Assembly (NCBI RefSeq): GCF_003704095.1
Contig: NW_020844919.1
Coordinates: 1-64,000, forward strand
Source: Pocillopora damicornis
Lineage: Eukaryota
Direction: 5' to 3'
Length of the DNA stretch: 64,000 nucleotides
Below are positions 1-11,949 of this stretch, one piece after another (the stretch's first letter is position 1; the number at the start of each line of letters is the position of its first letter). The notes beneath the pieces were generated by a model. That model was not told the origin of the DNA and did not search any database. It saw nothing but the letters and a program-made list of their open reading frames with translations. Both the position numbers and the translations under genes were made by a program.

Positions 1-133
1 AAAAAAAAAAAAAAAGAAAAGAAAAATGGCGCGTATTGTCTGCTCGCATAAAACGAAGTAAACTTGACCATATTTAAAATTCTACGTCAGAAGCGGATAG
101 GAATGCGTCGTGTCACTTATTGTTTAGATACTA

Positions 134-588
134 CAGTCGAATCTGTATTAAGCAGCACCGCATTAAGCGGTCACCCTATATTAAGCAGTCGGTTGTCAAA
201 GTCTCGAATTTGTTTCCCTTTATCACTGTAATTTACACCTCTATTGAGCAGTCGTGGTCAGCTTTGAATGAGTCCTAAAGGCCTGTTTGTACTGTCCTCC
301 ACTTGTATTAAACGGTCATTTAGGAGGAACCACTCAAATAAAACCACTAATAATCTTTCAAGTAAAATTAAATCCATGTTTCTCTCCCGAAATCAATGTT
401 GGTAGTATTTTTTAGCAATTTTTTGTACATAAGTGGTCAATTATGGAGTCAAATGGCGTTTTTTTTTAACGTTTTTTACATTACCCCTCTTCTGTGGAAC
501 CTGTATTTAACGGTCAACCTGTATTAAGCCGTCGTTCTCCTAGGGTGACCGCTCAATACAACCGATTATGTATATGACCGTTTGACTG
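134..588. mobile_element. Non-autonomous Tc1/mariner-pogo-type MITE
   Basis: TA|CAGTCGAA at 132-141 and TTTGACTG|TA at 581-590 give inverted termini with TA duplication; TATTAAGCGGTCA-like subterminal motifs repeat at both ends; no ORF. Confidence 0.75.
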
Positions 589-708
589 TATGGAGATAAT
601 CTAGTGTCCTTGTTTTTTTTTTTCTTGGAAATTGTAGGCCTGTGTTCCGTTACCAGAGTAAGAGTTTTTCATACTGCTCATCTTTTTTTATGTTTTCTTT
701 GTATTTAG

Positions 709-825
709 GGGTTAGAGAATAAAGTTAAAGGCAAAGAATTTTCTGCCACAGATGAAATTTACCTCCCAGCAGATGGAGAAGAAAAAATAGAAGAACCAGC
801 GCTCAAGAGAAGTAGGGAATGCTGA
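709..825 (+). CDS. Probable terminal coding exon of an unidentified gene starting left of the window (GLENKVKGKEFSATDEIYLPADGEEKIEEPALKRSREC*)
   Basis: Pyrimidine tract plus TAG acceptor at 706-708; open frame to TGA 823-825; protein-like composition ending in an NLS-like PALKRSR. A possible 20-nt exon at 638-657 (AG...GTAAG) joins in frame. Confidence 0.45.
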   Translation, partial: GLENKVKGKEFSATDEIYLPADGEEKIEEPALKRSREC

Positions 826-3058
826 GACTGTTTTCAAAATTGTCGCTAAATCATCCGACGGCCTACGACGTTCACAAAGTGATCACAGCCACTAGGCGGC
901 CACTTGAAAATCAAGCTATTTCATGATTGCGTGAGTTCTCAAGCGTGGTTTCATAGGATCTTCCCAATCATCTCAAACAAAAAAATCAAGGCGATCTGAA
1001 GTATTTGAAAACACAACACAACTAGTTACTGTACGACCCGAACGATCATGATGATCGGATAGAAGTAAAGAGTTCTATCGAGACGAGTATTTTCCCGATG
1101 GTCCTGCGGGTCAGTGATAGCCTATGCTGTGTTCCCGCATAACCTTCCCGATCGTCTGGTAGATAACCATTTAAGATTTAAGATAATCCTTTTTGCTGGC
1201 CGAAATCATAACTTCAGACACTTACAGAACCACAGAGGGCTAGTTTTTAAAGGTGACCGAAGCAAAATGTCAAGAAATACTTCTTGAATTAACTTCGTGG
1301 ATGTTATGATTAAAAAGTCTTTGAATCACATGGCAATTTGTTTTCCTTGCGCGTGAGTGATAATTTGTGATGATAGTTTATTGAGCACTTGAGGAATTTC
1401 CGACGCATAAAATGTGTGAAAGTCGTTAAGGTATTGGTTAACTGTATTTTTGATTGAAATAAGAGCAATGATGTTACTATTGCAGGTAGATAAGATATCT
1501 GAAAATAGTTCAGAAATTCTGATACATATTTTAAAGTATGAACAATATTGATCAATATGAATGTTCTGGGAACTTAGCAACCGAAAGTTTAATCGGGAAG
1601 TATTTGTATGGATGATTATTGTGGAGTGAGAGCTGAGGCTTAACAGATACAGTGAAGGTGCAATCATTTGCTGTCTGCTTTTAGTATTTTTGTTCAAAGT
1701 GATATAATTGTAATGTGAATGAAAGATTTTCGCCATTTTCCTATTGACTGAAACGATGTGAGGAATGGTATTTTAATGAAAATGAACAGAAGCTAAGTTT
1801 ATTTTCTCTGCCATAGATGTCATGCGCAGAGTCGCTATTGAATTACATTTCCCAAAGCGATGTGAGACTGGTTTTCATGGCTCCGCCTGAACGAGAAGAT
1901 TTTAATGTACCACAGTATATGAATTGTCTCTTTTAGGCAATCATGGTTCTTAAGGTTATGGTTACATAGGGAAAAATTTTCATATGCATCACATGATATG
2001 CGACTGGAAGTTCGGAGGTATGCTTATTGTAGCAATGCGCTTGTCAGTTTGGTCAAAAACAGACCTCACATAAAAGCCCTGGCCTATGCATCTAACTTCA
2101 GGTCATTTAGAATTCCTAACATGTCCTTAGCTCAGTTTCGCTTTTCAGATATAAAGGTAAGCGAAAAAAAATTGCCTTCGGTTAGCGGGAGTGTCGAGTC
2201 ATCTGTGATGTCATCAAACGCTTCCCCCATCCCTGAAGGAATATCTTTCCTCAGTCTAGTGTCCTTTCTTAGGACTGGCGTTCTAATGGGGAGTGAGTAG
2301 GTGAAGAGGGGGGGGGAGGGGGTGAAGCAATCTCCCGTTCACCCGTCTTCCACAGCTCTTAATAATTATAAGCTACTCCCTAACTGGTATTTTTTGAAAT
2401 GATTGAATTTGGTCATTAAAATTCAAATATGCACAAATTCAAGCTTCCGCTTTCTTCAGTCTCTAGGCATTTCAAGAAATGCCGAAGATTGGTAGTCTCT
2501 TCCACGAAAAAATGTCTTCTAAATTAACACGCATATTACAATTATTTCCACATATGTGCGTTCTTGGCTTTTGCTGCGGGAACCTTCGCATTCTGAAATA
2601 TTTCTTGATGAATTATGTCATCTCAAACGAAAGAAAAAAAATAACAATTATTCTCTCAGATGAGAGACTCTGAGACATGAAAGGTATACCGGCTCCATCT
2701 TCTCTGCTCTCAGTGGAAACAAGTCTTTTACTAGTGACATGTAAGTAACACAAAGACTTCGTAAAATCTCGTATAATATCGCTTATCGTGAACTCAAAAC
2801 GAAACTATTTTCCAAATGTGTGGCCTTGAAAATGATCGCAAACTAAGAGGTCTGAGCTGTAGTCGCGCAAGGCAGAATTTTTAGAGCAGTAATTGACCAA
2901 GAAACAAGTTGTTACCGGTAAGTGAACCACTGTGATGTCAGCCATCCTGGACCCGAGTTGTGAAAAATACTTGTTATATTAAAGCAACCGTTTATAAATC
3001 AAAATTCCAAGTTGAGTCAGTAAAAAAAAACAAAAAGGAAGGAAAATGAAAAGTTTAG

Positions 3059-3131
3059 TGGAGGACCCGGGCATCGATCCCGGTACCTCTCGCATGCTAA
3101 GCGAGCGCTCTACCATCTGAGCTAGTCCCCC
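3059..3131 (-). tRNA. trnA-AGC: tRNA-Ala (anticodon AGC)
   Basis: Reverse complement GGGGGACTAGCTCAGATGGTAGAGCGCTCGCTTAGCATGCGAGAGGTACCGGGATCGATGCCCGGGTCCTCCA folds into a 73-nt cloverleaf with the G3:U70 alanine identity pair and A73 discriminator; T-runs follow downstream. Confidence 0.96.
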
Positions 3132-3243
3132 TTCTTAATGTTTTTATGTGGAATTTAATATATTTAAATCTCAATAAATTCACTCCTGGCTACGTCACTG
3201 CAATATTTTGCGCATGATCGCTTGCTTCGTTACCATTTCAAAC

Positions 3244-6200
3244 ATGGCTGCCATTTTGACTTGTCTTTTTAAATCCTTTCAATGGATTCCTGTACTCTTT
3301 ATCAACGCAGTGATTGTCTGGTCTTACTATGCTTACGTCTTGGTTCTTTGCTTTGGTGAGAGCTCAAAATTTTAGGGCTTAAAGGCGTTGAATTGTTGAT
3401 TTCGTGAGCATTATACAGTTAGTGCTCTTGTGCCGAGTTAGGAAACTAAAATTCTGCCTTCCGGTTAAATAACTTTCTTATGATCTTGTTCTCTTTGTTT
3501 CGATTTCAGAGAGTGTGCAGTCTCCATTCGAAAGAGGTAAACGAAACTCTGCTAGAGACGTTAATAAAAGTTTCGTGTGAGGAATACACGAATTACAATC
3601 TGATAAAATCAATACAACTTGCGTACTAATGTTTTTGTGAATTTCGTAATTTGATCGCTTCGAAATGTTGCCAAATTATGATTTCTCCTTCTTTTAAATT
3701 TCAGCTGCGTATTTGATCTTCTATCATCCTTTCTTCCTCATGTTGTTGATCTCATACTGGAGAACGATATGTACCTCTTCTGGTCTTGTTCCCTCGCAGG
3801 TTTGTTTAGTTTCAAATATTGGCTTAGTTGTCATCGATTTAGCAAATGGTGCTGTAATACTTTGCAAATCAGAGAATGTTCGCACTCTTAATTTGTAAAG
3901 AGTGCTGTGAAAACGAAAATAGTTTAGGATTACTTCTACCGCCGTAAGTGTGATCAGATGACCTGATCTTGAACTTGGGGATCTTAAACTATTATATATA
4001 TAGGAAACATTTGTAGAAGACAACTCACAGCTGTATTAATCACGGACTTCAAAACCCAGGTTGCTCCTAACTTAGAGCCAAAACTGTTCTAAATGTTGCT
4101 ATAGTTACATGTTACTAAGAATTCCCAGTTAAAGTACAAACTCGGTTGCAAAAAGCTGTTTCTTGAAAAATTCTGTACAACATTGCAAATTATAAAATTT
4201 GGAATGAATACACTTTTCATGAAATGGTTATCCTTTTTAAAAGGAGTTTTAAGACTACACCCCATATCATATATAATTAAATGTTAATCTTGTTTTCAAT
4301 TTGCAGTTTTTCCTGTCAAGAGCAGACAGGGAGGCATTAGATAATGGAGTATGTAATTTACTAATTGTTCTTATTAATTTTAAAGCTATCTAGACTAAAG
4401 ATGCTCCCTGGATGATGCCTTTTTGAAAGAAGTAAAAAGAAACCAAATTATTTAGATCTATGAGGATAAGAGTCATGTTTTGCCCTGTTTCAAAAGGCAC
4501 ATCACTCAACAGATCTAAGAATTACCAATGCAAGTTTTATAACATAGCTTCTTTAAATTAAAGAACCTGTGTAGTACTCAGCCACTGATAAAAGTTTGTC
4601 ACAAAATGGTATATTTATACACAAGGAAACTTTGTTGCAACACAGGTTTTGTAATTAGATGACAATGTGTCATGAATTTTGGGGCACAAGAAATTTTCAC
4701 CCTTAATGAATAAAACTGCTCAGGTCAGGAATTCTGCATCAATATTCTTGGAGGTTCACAATGTATTTGCTGATGTTTTTTGTTATCTTTTAACCTTCAA
4801 AATATAAATGATTGGAAATATATTTCCATCAATAAATTACCATCAAGCACAGTTTACTTTTAAAGTAAACTGTGCTTGATGGTAACAGATAGATCAGTAG
4901 AAATGCTTAGTAATAACTGGCCTAGTAACAAACTTACGTTATTTAAAAATTCTAGTGAATTTTTTTTGCAATAAGCATCATTAAGGATAATTAATTAACA
5001 CTGAATTCTGATTAGGGAGGCTACTCAGGAGTGACAGTGAGATTAAAACAGATGTTTTAAAAAGAAAAACTTTATTTTTTTGTGATGTGTTGTCTTTCCT
5101 TTTTAGTGCACAATGTACATTTATGAAAACTGTTTTCCTTTGAAATCTGTCTCTAGGATCCTAAAGAAGTCTTAGAAAAAATATCAAGAAAACTTCCAGT
5201 TTTTACACAGACCATATCAGGAGGTAAGATCTTGATTTTATTGGATTTTCTTGTGTCTTGTCACCTCAATATTATTGAGTTTTTTTAAAATAATTAATTG
5301 GAATTCTTTTGCAGCTGCTAGGTTTTGTGATGTTTGTCAAGCCATCAAACCTGACAGATGTCATCACTGCTCCATGTGTAGAAAGTAGGTTGAACAAGAG
5401 GAGACAAATTTCATTTTCAGTTGAACAAAATTTGATTTTGTTATTTAATTTGGTAGAAAATTATAGTGATGGAAATTAGGCATTTTGGAACACTGATTAA
5501 AACTATTTGGTTACAAAATTTTTAGAAGGGGTGAGGAGGAGTTTCACAAAGCCATACGCAATTGTTAATCTCTTAATTTGCAAGGCCAGATTGATCATTA
5601 CCTTTCCCTTTTAGTATCTTAACATTTCCATGTGAATTAAACCAAAAGGATTTGGTGTAACCTTATGATAACACCATTAACCCTTTCATTCTCAAGATCT
5701 TAATAGCAATTCTCCTTACTTTTGCAGTTTGGAAAGCCACAAAACACTAGAACAAAAATTTATCTTCCAAATCAGCACCCTTAATCCCCATGGAATCAAT
5801 GAGCGCTTTTCATTCTACTAATTTATTCCTGTGTTCTCGTCACCATATTCCCACCAATAGCCTAGCTCCACTTTCCGCATATAAACCCACACACAACCCA
5901 CAATTCCTCCAATTGCTCTGATGAAGGGCTNNNNNNNNNNNNNNNNNNNNNNNNNNNNNNNNNNNNNNNNNNNNNNNNNNNNNNNNNNNNNNNNNNNNNN
6001 NNNNNNNNNNNNNNNNNNNNNNNNNNNNNNCATATAAACCCACACACAACCCACAATTCCTCCAATTGCTCTGATGAAGGGCTAGTGCTCGAAACATCAG
6101 CTTTTTTTTTTACCCATAACAGTGGCCAATTTACATTTTCAACTCAGTTGTTAACACTAAATTACCTGTAATTTTCCTTACTGTCTACCATACGATTCTT

Positions 6201-8714
6201 ATGATGTCAGTTTGGAGAATTTGGTATGGGATCAAGAGATAATTCCATCTTGATCACTCATGGGAGGTTAAGGATTAAACTGACAGTATGGGATCAAGGG
6301 ATAATTCCATATTGGTCACTCATGGGAGGTTAAGGATTAAACTGACAAGTACTCGGTTTTCTTTTTACTCGATTGCAGGGTAATGTGGCCCTTATATTGC
6401 CAGGGAAAGATTCACCTTAACCCTTTAACACCCAGGATCTCATTAGTAATTCTCCTTACTGTTGCCATACAGTTCTTGTGATGTTTGTTTGGAGAATTTG
6501 GTATTGGATCAACTTATAATCTCCTAATTTATATTTTTCTTTACTCTTGTCACTTTTCTGCTTGATGTTTTATTGATATTATAAGGAGAAATTCTGTCTT
6601 GGTCACTCATGGGAGTTAAAGGGTTAATCATTAATAATAAATGGGGCTGAGGGAAAATAATGTTTTTTTAATAGTTTATTTTGTATTTATTATAGATGTA
6701 TTTTGAAAATGGATCACCACTGTCCATGGGTGAATAACTGTGTTGGGTTTACAAACTACAAGTTCTTTCTGCTATTCCTGTTTTATGCAATCCTTTACAC
6801 ACTCTATGTCACAGCAACAGTTACAAAGTATTTCATTGCATTTTGGAATGTAAGTCTAAGAAATTTTCAATATCTTTCCATTTTTACTTTTGTTATTTAA
6901 AGGGATGTCAAAGATTTGATAGCAGTGTGTTCCTTGGGTGATGTTAGATAGATCCATCCTTGCCAAATTTTATAAATGTTTGTAAAATATCATTGTTGAC
7001 AAGAAAAGGTTGTCATTCACTAGGAGAGTACTTGTTTCAAGGACATAACCCAATGTAACAGTGTGTTGAAGATTTTTCATGTTGTCATTTTCTTGTCTCT
7101 TACAGAACTCTTTGGAAGGTGATGGAAAATTGCACATTTTATTTCTGTTTTTTGTTGCCCTCATGTTTTGTATAAGTCTTTGGTCACTTTTTGGTTACCA
7201 TTTATATCTTACTGGTAACAACAAGACAACACTTGGTGAGTTTGAAGTTTTAGTTAATATCTTTTTCTTCTGCCAAATATGTGCATGGTTATGAAGTAGA
7301 TATCTTTTAAATAGCTAAACATAAGCAATGAAATGAACATTTTACCAACAGCTGATGATATACAATGTAGAGAAATGACCTTCACTGGTAAGCTGCAATT
7401 AAATCAACTACAGAAAAGAGGCCTGAAAAATTCAGGCCTCAACAGAATTCAAAACTGAGCCTCCCACTTATTAGTTAGGTGCTTAACCAGGAGGCCCTTG
7501 TTTGAATCCCATCCATTCTGCAATTTCTTTCATTGCAGCTCACCTGTGAAGATCATCTCTCTACTCGTTAAACATGTTAAGTAATCTATCCTTGGAAGCC
7601 TAATTTGTTTTAACTCTACCTTCTCCACATACCCTTCAATGATTTTATATCATGTGAGTTTGATTTTTTCAATGAAAATATTAAGCTTATTATACATTTT
7701 TCTCTGCATGAGTTGCAATGCTATTCATGTCTAGTTCTCAAATATTTTTTAAAGTAGTGTTAAGTTCAGAAAAGTTTTTAAAATTTGTTTATCTGTGATG
7801 ATGTACATGTAGTTCCTCTGTTTCTTCCTGACAGAGTCATTCAGAGTTCCTCATTTCTCTTATGGCCCAAATAAGGATGGCTTCAGTTTGGGAACTGTAA
7901 TTAAGAATGCAGAACAAGTTTTGGGACTCAACAAGTGGTATTGGTTTTTACCTATTTTCACCAGGTAAGAGTTTTGTAAATGCATTCCACCACCTTCTCC
8001 CCACCCCTCCCCTCCCCCTCCCCTCCCCCTCCCAGACAAACACACACTTTCCCCTCCCAGTGTACCCAGCTAAAAAGCCATGTTGGAGTTTTCCTTACAT
8101 AATAACCATTAGCTACTCTGAACCCCACCATCTGATTTATCAGGTTTCATAAAAATTAAAAATAAAGAAATAATAAAAAATAAATTTATAATGGTAAATA
8201 CTGGTTTATTGAAAGAATATAAAGAACAACCCTGCTGACTCAAACTCCCAGAGGTTCCTCTGTATATCCACAAGTTGAGGGTTTATATACAAAACTCAAA
8301 ACTGTTATTACTCTGCACTCCTAGTACAAATAGCATAGTAGTATTGTTTGATAGCAGCCTAGTTTAGAATCTTGAAAATTACTAGCTCAATTTTGAGTTA
8401 AGAAGTGACATTTTCCAATGTTTCATTTCTTGGACAGTATTGGTGACGGAGTTCATTTCCCACTGGTAAATCAACCTGAGCAAGACTCATTATTAAATGA
8501 TCAGCAAAGATGGATGGAGGAAGGGGAGTTGGATCCACAGGACACCCACTCCAATGACGGCAAAGGAGATTCTACAACTGTGGCCATTGATATTACATCA
8601 GAAGAGCTGCTGCATGAGAACGAGGTGGAAACTCAGGTGCCATATGCTCACAGGGCCAAACCAGATGTGCTGGCAGTTCAGGAAGATGACATTCAAGATG
8701 GGACGGCATTGTAA
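3244..8714 (+). CDS. ZDHHC2: DHHC palmitoyltransferase, ZDHHC2/15/20 subfamily, 10 exons, 367 aa
   Basis: Exons 3244-3355, 3510-3536, 3705-3799, 4307-4348, 5157-5223, 5315-5384, 6696-6849, 7106-7235, 7835-7964, 8438-8714 (GT-AG, total 1104 nt, in frame). Motifs: [65 protein letters not shown]. Orthologue within 2/15/20 is not resolvable by eye. Confidence 0.93.
4837..4885. repeat. Perfect 24-bp inverted repeat with 1-nt spacer (intronic)
   Basis: TTACCATCAAGCACAGTTTACTTT-T-AAAGTAAACTGTGCTTGATGGTAA. Confidence 0.95.
5721..6169 (+). mobile_element. 5'-truncated Penelope-like retroelement inserted into a piggyBac-type MITE
   Basis: Encodes [29 protein letters not shown] (~5732-5821), typical of the end of a PLE GIY-YIG endonuclease; hammerhead motif follows; flanked by AATTCTCCTTACT (5708-5720) and AATTTTCCTTACT (6170-6182). 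Contains an N-gap. Confidence 0.8.
6068..6101 (+). ncRNA. Minimal type I hammerhead ribozyme motif (Penelope-associated)
   Basis: GCT-CTGATGA-A-GGGC(TAGT)GCTC-GAAA-CA-TC-AGC: conserved CUGANGA and GAAA cores, stem II, and stem I GCT/AGC. The stem III palindrome reads ACAT rather than ACGT. Confidence 0.7.
6224..6346. repeat. Tandem duplication of ~62 bp covering a MITE end
   Basis: GTATGGGATCAAG.GATAATTCCAT.TTG.TCACTCATGGGAGGTTAAGGATTAAACTGACA occurs twice in succession. Confidence 0.85.
6421..6623. mobile_element. piggyBac-type MITE, intact copy of a family recurring through the window
   Basis: TTAA|CCCTTTAAC...GTTAAAGGG|TTAA: inverted termini with TTAA duplication. Related decayed copies at ~5677-6279, 9956-10159, 25287-25490, 26820-26990, 37226-37440, 37490-37696, 37901-38112. 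Confidence 0.85.
7367..7564. mobile_element. Inverted pair of tRNA-SINE-like fragments
   Basis: GTAGAGAAATGACCTTCACTGGTAAGCTGCAAT at the left end is the imperfect reverse complement of ATTGCAGCTCACCTGTGAAGATCATCTCTCTAC at the right; internal B-box-like GTTTGAATCCC and a GAGGCCTGAA/TTCAGGCCTC hairpin. Confidence 0.5.
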
Positions 8715-10906
8715 TATCCACTCTGAAGCGCTAGTTTCCCTGGCTGGAACTGTTGGTGTTTGCCATGGACTCTTGCTGAGGCAGTATTTCATCAACATAA
8801 ATGTCATTGAAAAAAATAATGCTGGCTGGTAAACTTTTCCATTTTCTGGAACAAAGGAAAAATTCCCTGCGACTCAAGCAAAGAATGGCCTCTTACTGAC
8901 TTGGGAACCAGTGGTTGAATAACATGTTGTGACCATTTTGGAAAAGTACTTGGTGCTTAGTCTATGATATTTACATATGACTGCAAGTGTACATTGATTT
9001 TAGTTTTGTGCCAAACATTTATGGAATGCTGTATAGATTTGAGAGAAATCTAGGGACTAAAATGTGTTAAAGCAACATTTGATTTATTTATCACATGGCT
9101 GATAGATCATGGATTATGGATTTGCAAGATAAACAATTTGTTGAAGTTCCCTAGACTAGGTCATTATTTCTTAAATGTAATTTTATATCTGAGTAAATTT
9201 ATTTAAAAACCTAATTTTGGTGTTAGGTTTGAGCAACAACCCAAAAGGTGGGTAATGTTATAAGGAGTCTTGAGTTTTGGACACCAATGAAAAAAATGAA
9301 AATTTGCTGCAGGTAAAAATAGTCGCAGATTGTAAATAGTATAGACATCAGCAGATATGTTATTAAACTAGCAATCAGTTTGATGATATCTAGCTAAGAC
9401 TCTAATTGTCCAATGCAATGTAAATTCTTTCAAGCTCAAGACAGCTGCAAGTGACTGTAATTGTATATGTTTTTTGTATTGTGTATGTTTTGAGCTTAAA
9501 TACTCAAACTGAATCAGCTTTAGTAGTTTTGTAGATTCTTCACAACAGTTGGGTCATATATCAGGATACTTCCCTTGGTTGATCGTTTTACAAATTATTA
9601 TTACCTGTTGTTCAGCATGGTATAGATTTTCAAGGAGAATTTATATTTTGGTCACTCCTGGGAGAGGAGATAACCAAAGAGAATTTTGCAATCATGATCT
9701 TGCTTTTTTTTTTTTTTGTTTAAATCCCAATGTAAGGTCAAAGCAAATTTTGTAATTAATGAACTGATAGAGTATATGTTCTTATCTTTATTTTGCTTGA
9801 TGAAATCAATGGAATGTATGTGGTGTTTCTTTTAGAATTTTTGTACTTACTGTATCAAAAGATTAATTTTGCTTTCTTACTTACATGGATTAAAGATGGG
9901 ATTACAAAGGTGTGGGGTAGAGTTTTGACATCCGTTTCTTTTCAACAATGTGATGTTAACCCTTTACACCCTGACATCAGTATGAATTTTCTCCACACTG
10001 TTCTCTGTACACTTTCAAAGGTGCCGACAGAGAGAATTTGTTTAACGATCAAGAGGTTCTTTAGGTGGTTATCATATTCTTTATTCTCGTGATCTTAATG
10101 TTTAATTTTATTTAATTTAATTGTAAGGAGAAATTAGATGCCAGTCACTCTAAGGGTTATATAGAAAGTGTCTGTTTTCGAAGGCCAATAGGATGGAGGA
10201 TGGAAAAGCTACGTTGCTGGCCTCTCTGGGTGTTGTACCTCATATGGTAGGTCATGGGAAGGCCCCCATCAGCATTGAAGGCACATCCATACTACTACGG
10301 GTAACTCTTCTTCTGCTGCCGACCATCGCACAACATATGAAAATTAACGGCCAACAAATTCTGAATACATTCTTTGTTATAGAAGGAAAGAAGTGTCTAC
10401 AAATTGATAAATATCTTTAAAACTTAGGTTTCCTTAAAGCAATGCTGAAAACGTACAATGCTTACATGCAGTTGAATATTTTGCCGCTTCTGTCACCGGG
10501 TCCAAACGCAAACGAAAATATTAATCAAACTAGAGAAGATTGGGCTAAAACGTAGGTGGAATTCATCGCTCGTTTCCTGAGATAGGATTGGTCAGTTTTG
10601 GGTGAGTGACCCTTGAAACCGAAATCGCACACAGGTGGAAAGGAGAGGGAAATCATATTTACATTCAAGCACTAGGCACTCGAAATACATCTGACGATTT
10701 TAAAGAAAGACGACTAAGGGTATCTCTTCTTCTGCTGAATACGACTGCGTTTGATTGGCTTAAAAAATAATAAAGATTATTTAAACAATTAAGCCAGGTA
10801 TAGGAAATCATATATGCATACAATAATTTTCTGCGTTATAGCAATACTTGTTCAAAAGATCCACTGTTATTAAGCATTTCTGATAGCGAAAGATTTAGAA
10901 AAAACA

Positions 10907-11593
10907 TTTCATATTAAAAAGTAGCGAGATTAAAACATAATGTTTCGGCGACGACATGTCACCATTATCAAATGTAAACTATTGTAAGTTCAGTGACGTT
11001 TTATAGAGGAAGGAAAGTGTGAAACTTAATCAGAATGAAAATGAGATGGAGTGAAACAAAAGAATGTACACAATTAAATAAACAGTTTCGCTGGAATGGA
11101 GTCTTTGATTGTTCAGAGTCGGTCTCTTTTTCCTTATTAAAAACATCTCATCAGATAAGGCATTCAAACTTTCCGCGGCATTTCTTTAGGATGGCAAATT
11201 GCTCGTGAAGATTGTTCGGTCTTTGATTGTGTTCGTCTTTAAGATGTTTTCCGATGACGGAATATTTGTGCTCCTCAATACGAAGGTGGAGGTGACGGTT
11301 CTTGTAACCTATAAAATTCGCATCACACGAATTACATTTAGATTCATATACAACGCTTTGTTGGTTTACCAGTGACAGCTTTGTTTCCGTGATTTTTAAA
11401 CCTTTCGAGATTTTCCTACTTGTGAAAACTGGTTGTAGTACACGACTGATTCACTCCATCTCATTTTATTCTAATTTCGTGTCACACTTTCCATTCTCTA
11501 TAAAACGTCACTGAACTTATAATAATTTTACATTCGATAATGATGACATGTCTTCGCCGAAATGTTTTAATCTCGCTTGTTTTTATTATGAAA
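10907..11593 (-). mobile_element. Truncated Penelope-like element: GIY-YIG domain remnant between inverted ~150-bp terminal repeats
   Basis: Minus strand 11444-11074 reads RVLQPVFTSRKI...NQQSVVYESKCNSCDANFIGYKNRHLHLRIEEHK...ILKKCRGKFECLI, then (frameshift) EMFLIRKKRPTLN and (frameshift) DSIPAKLFI*. 10907-11055 is the diverged reverse complement of 11450-11593. Confidence 0.88.
10935..10975 (-). ncRNA. Minimal hammerhead ribozyme motif with U3:A8 variant core
   Basis: Minus strand ACAT-TTGATAA-T-GGTGAC(ATGTC)GTCGCC-GAAA-CA-TT-ATGT: stem I ACAT/ATGT, 6-bp stem II, GAAA core, and UUGAUAA in place of CUGANGA. Confidence 0.6.
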
Positions 11594-11949
11594 TATCATT
11601 AAGCAGTAAGTTTAAATAAGCGGCATAAGTATGATACAAAAAGTGCTATATTTAGGATTTCACCTCAGAAGACTTTTGTCTTATATTGGTCTCTTTTGAT
11701 TTTTTTCGAGAGAAAATGAAGCGATTCTCCGAGAAAAAGAATTCACGGAAAAAGTTAAGAGCTTAAAAATCTAAGAGTAAAGTTTGTCTCTCCTCCGTGA
11801 CGTTTCGAAGTCCTTTACATGAAAAGTAGTGATCGACAACACAGTCGTTTGCATCAGGTGTCATACCTCTTGCTTTGATGCTTTTGGCTGGTTGGTCTGT
11901 GATCTTTAAGCTCTCTTTTCATATTATCACCGTGGCGACTATTTCTACG

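Noticed and set aside
1310-2673. Short ORFs from the track here and in other spacers
   Set aside because: No recognisable motifs, often non-ATG starts, and lengths compatible with chance.
5818-6097. ORFs spanning the N-gap (also 45682-46009 and 50893-51162)
   Set aside because: They are open only because N codons mask stops.
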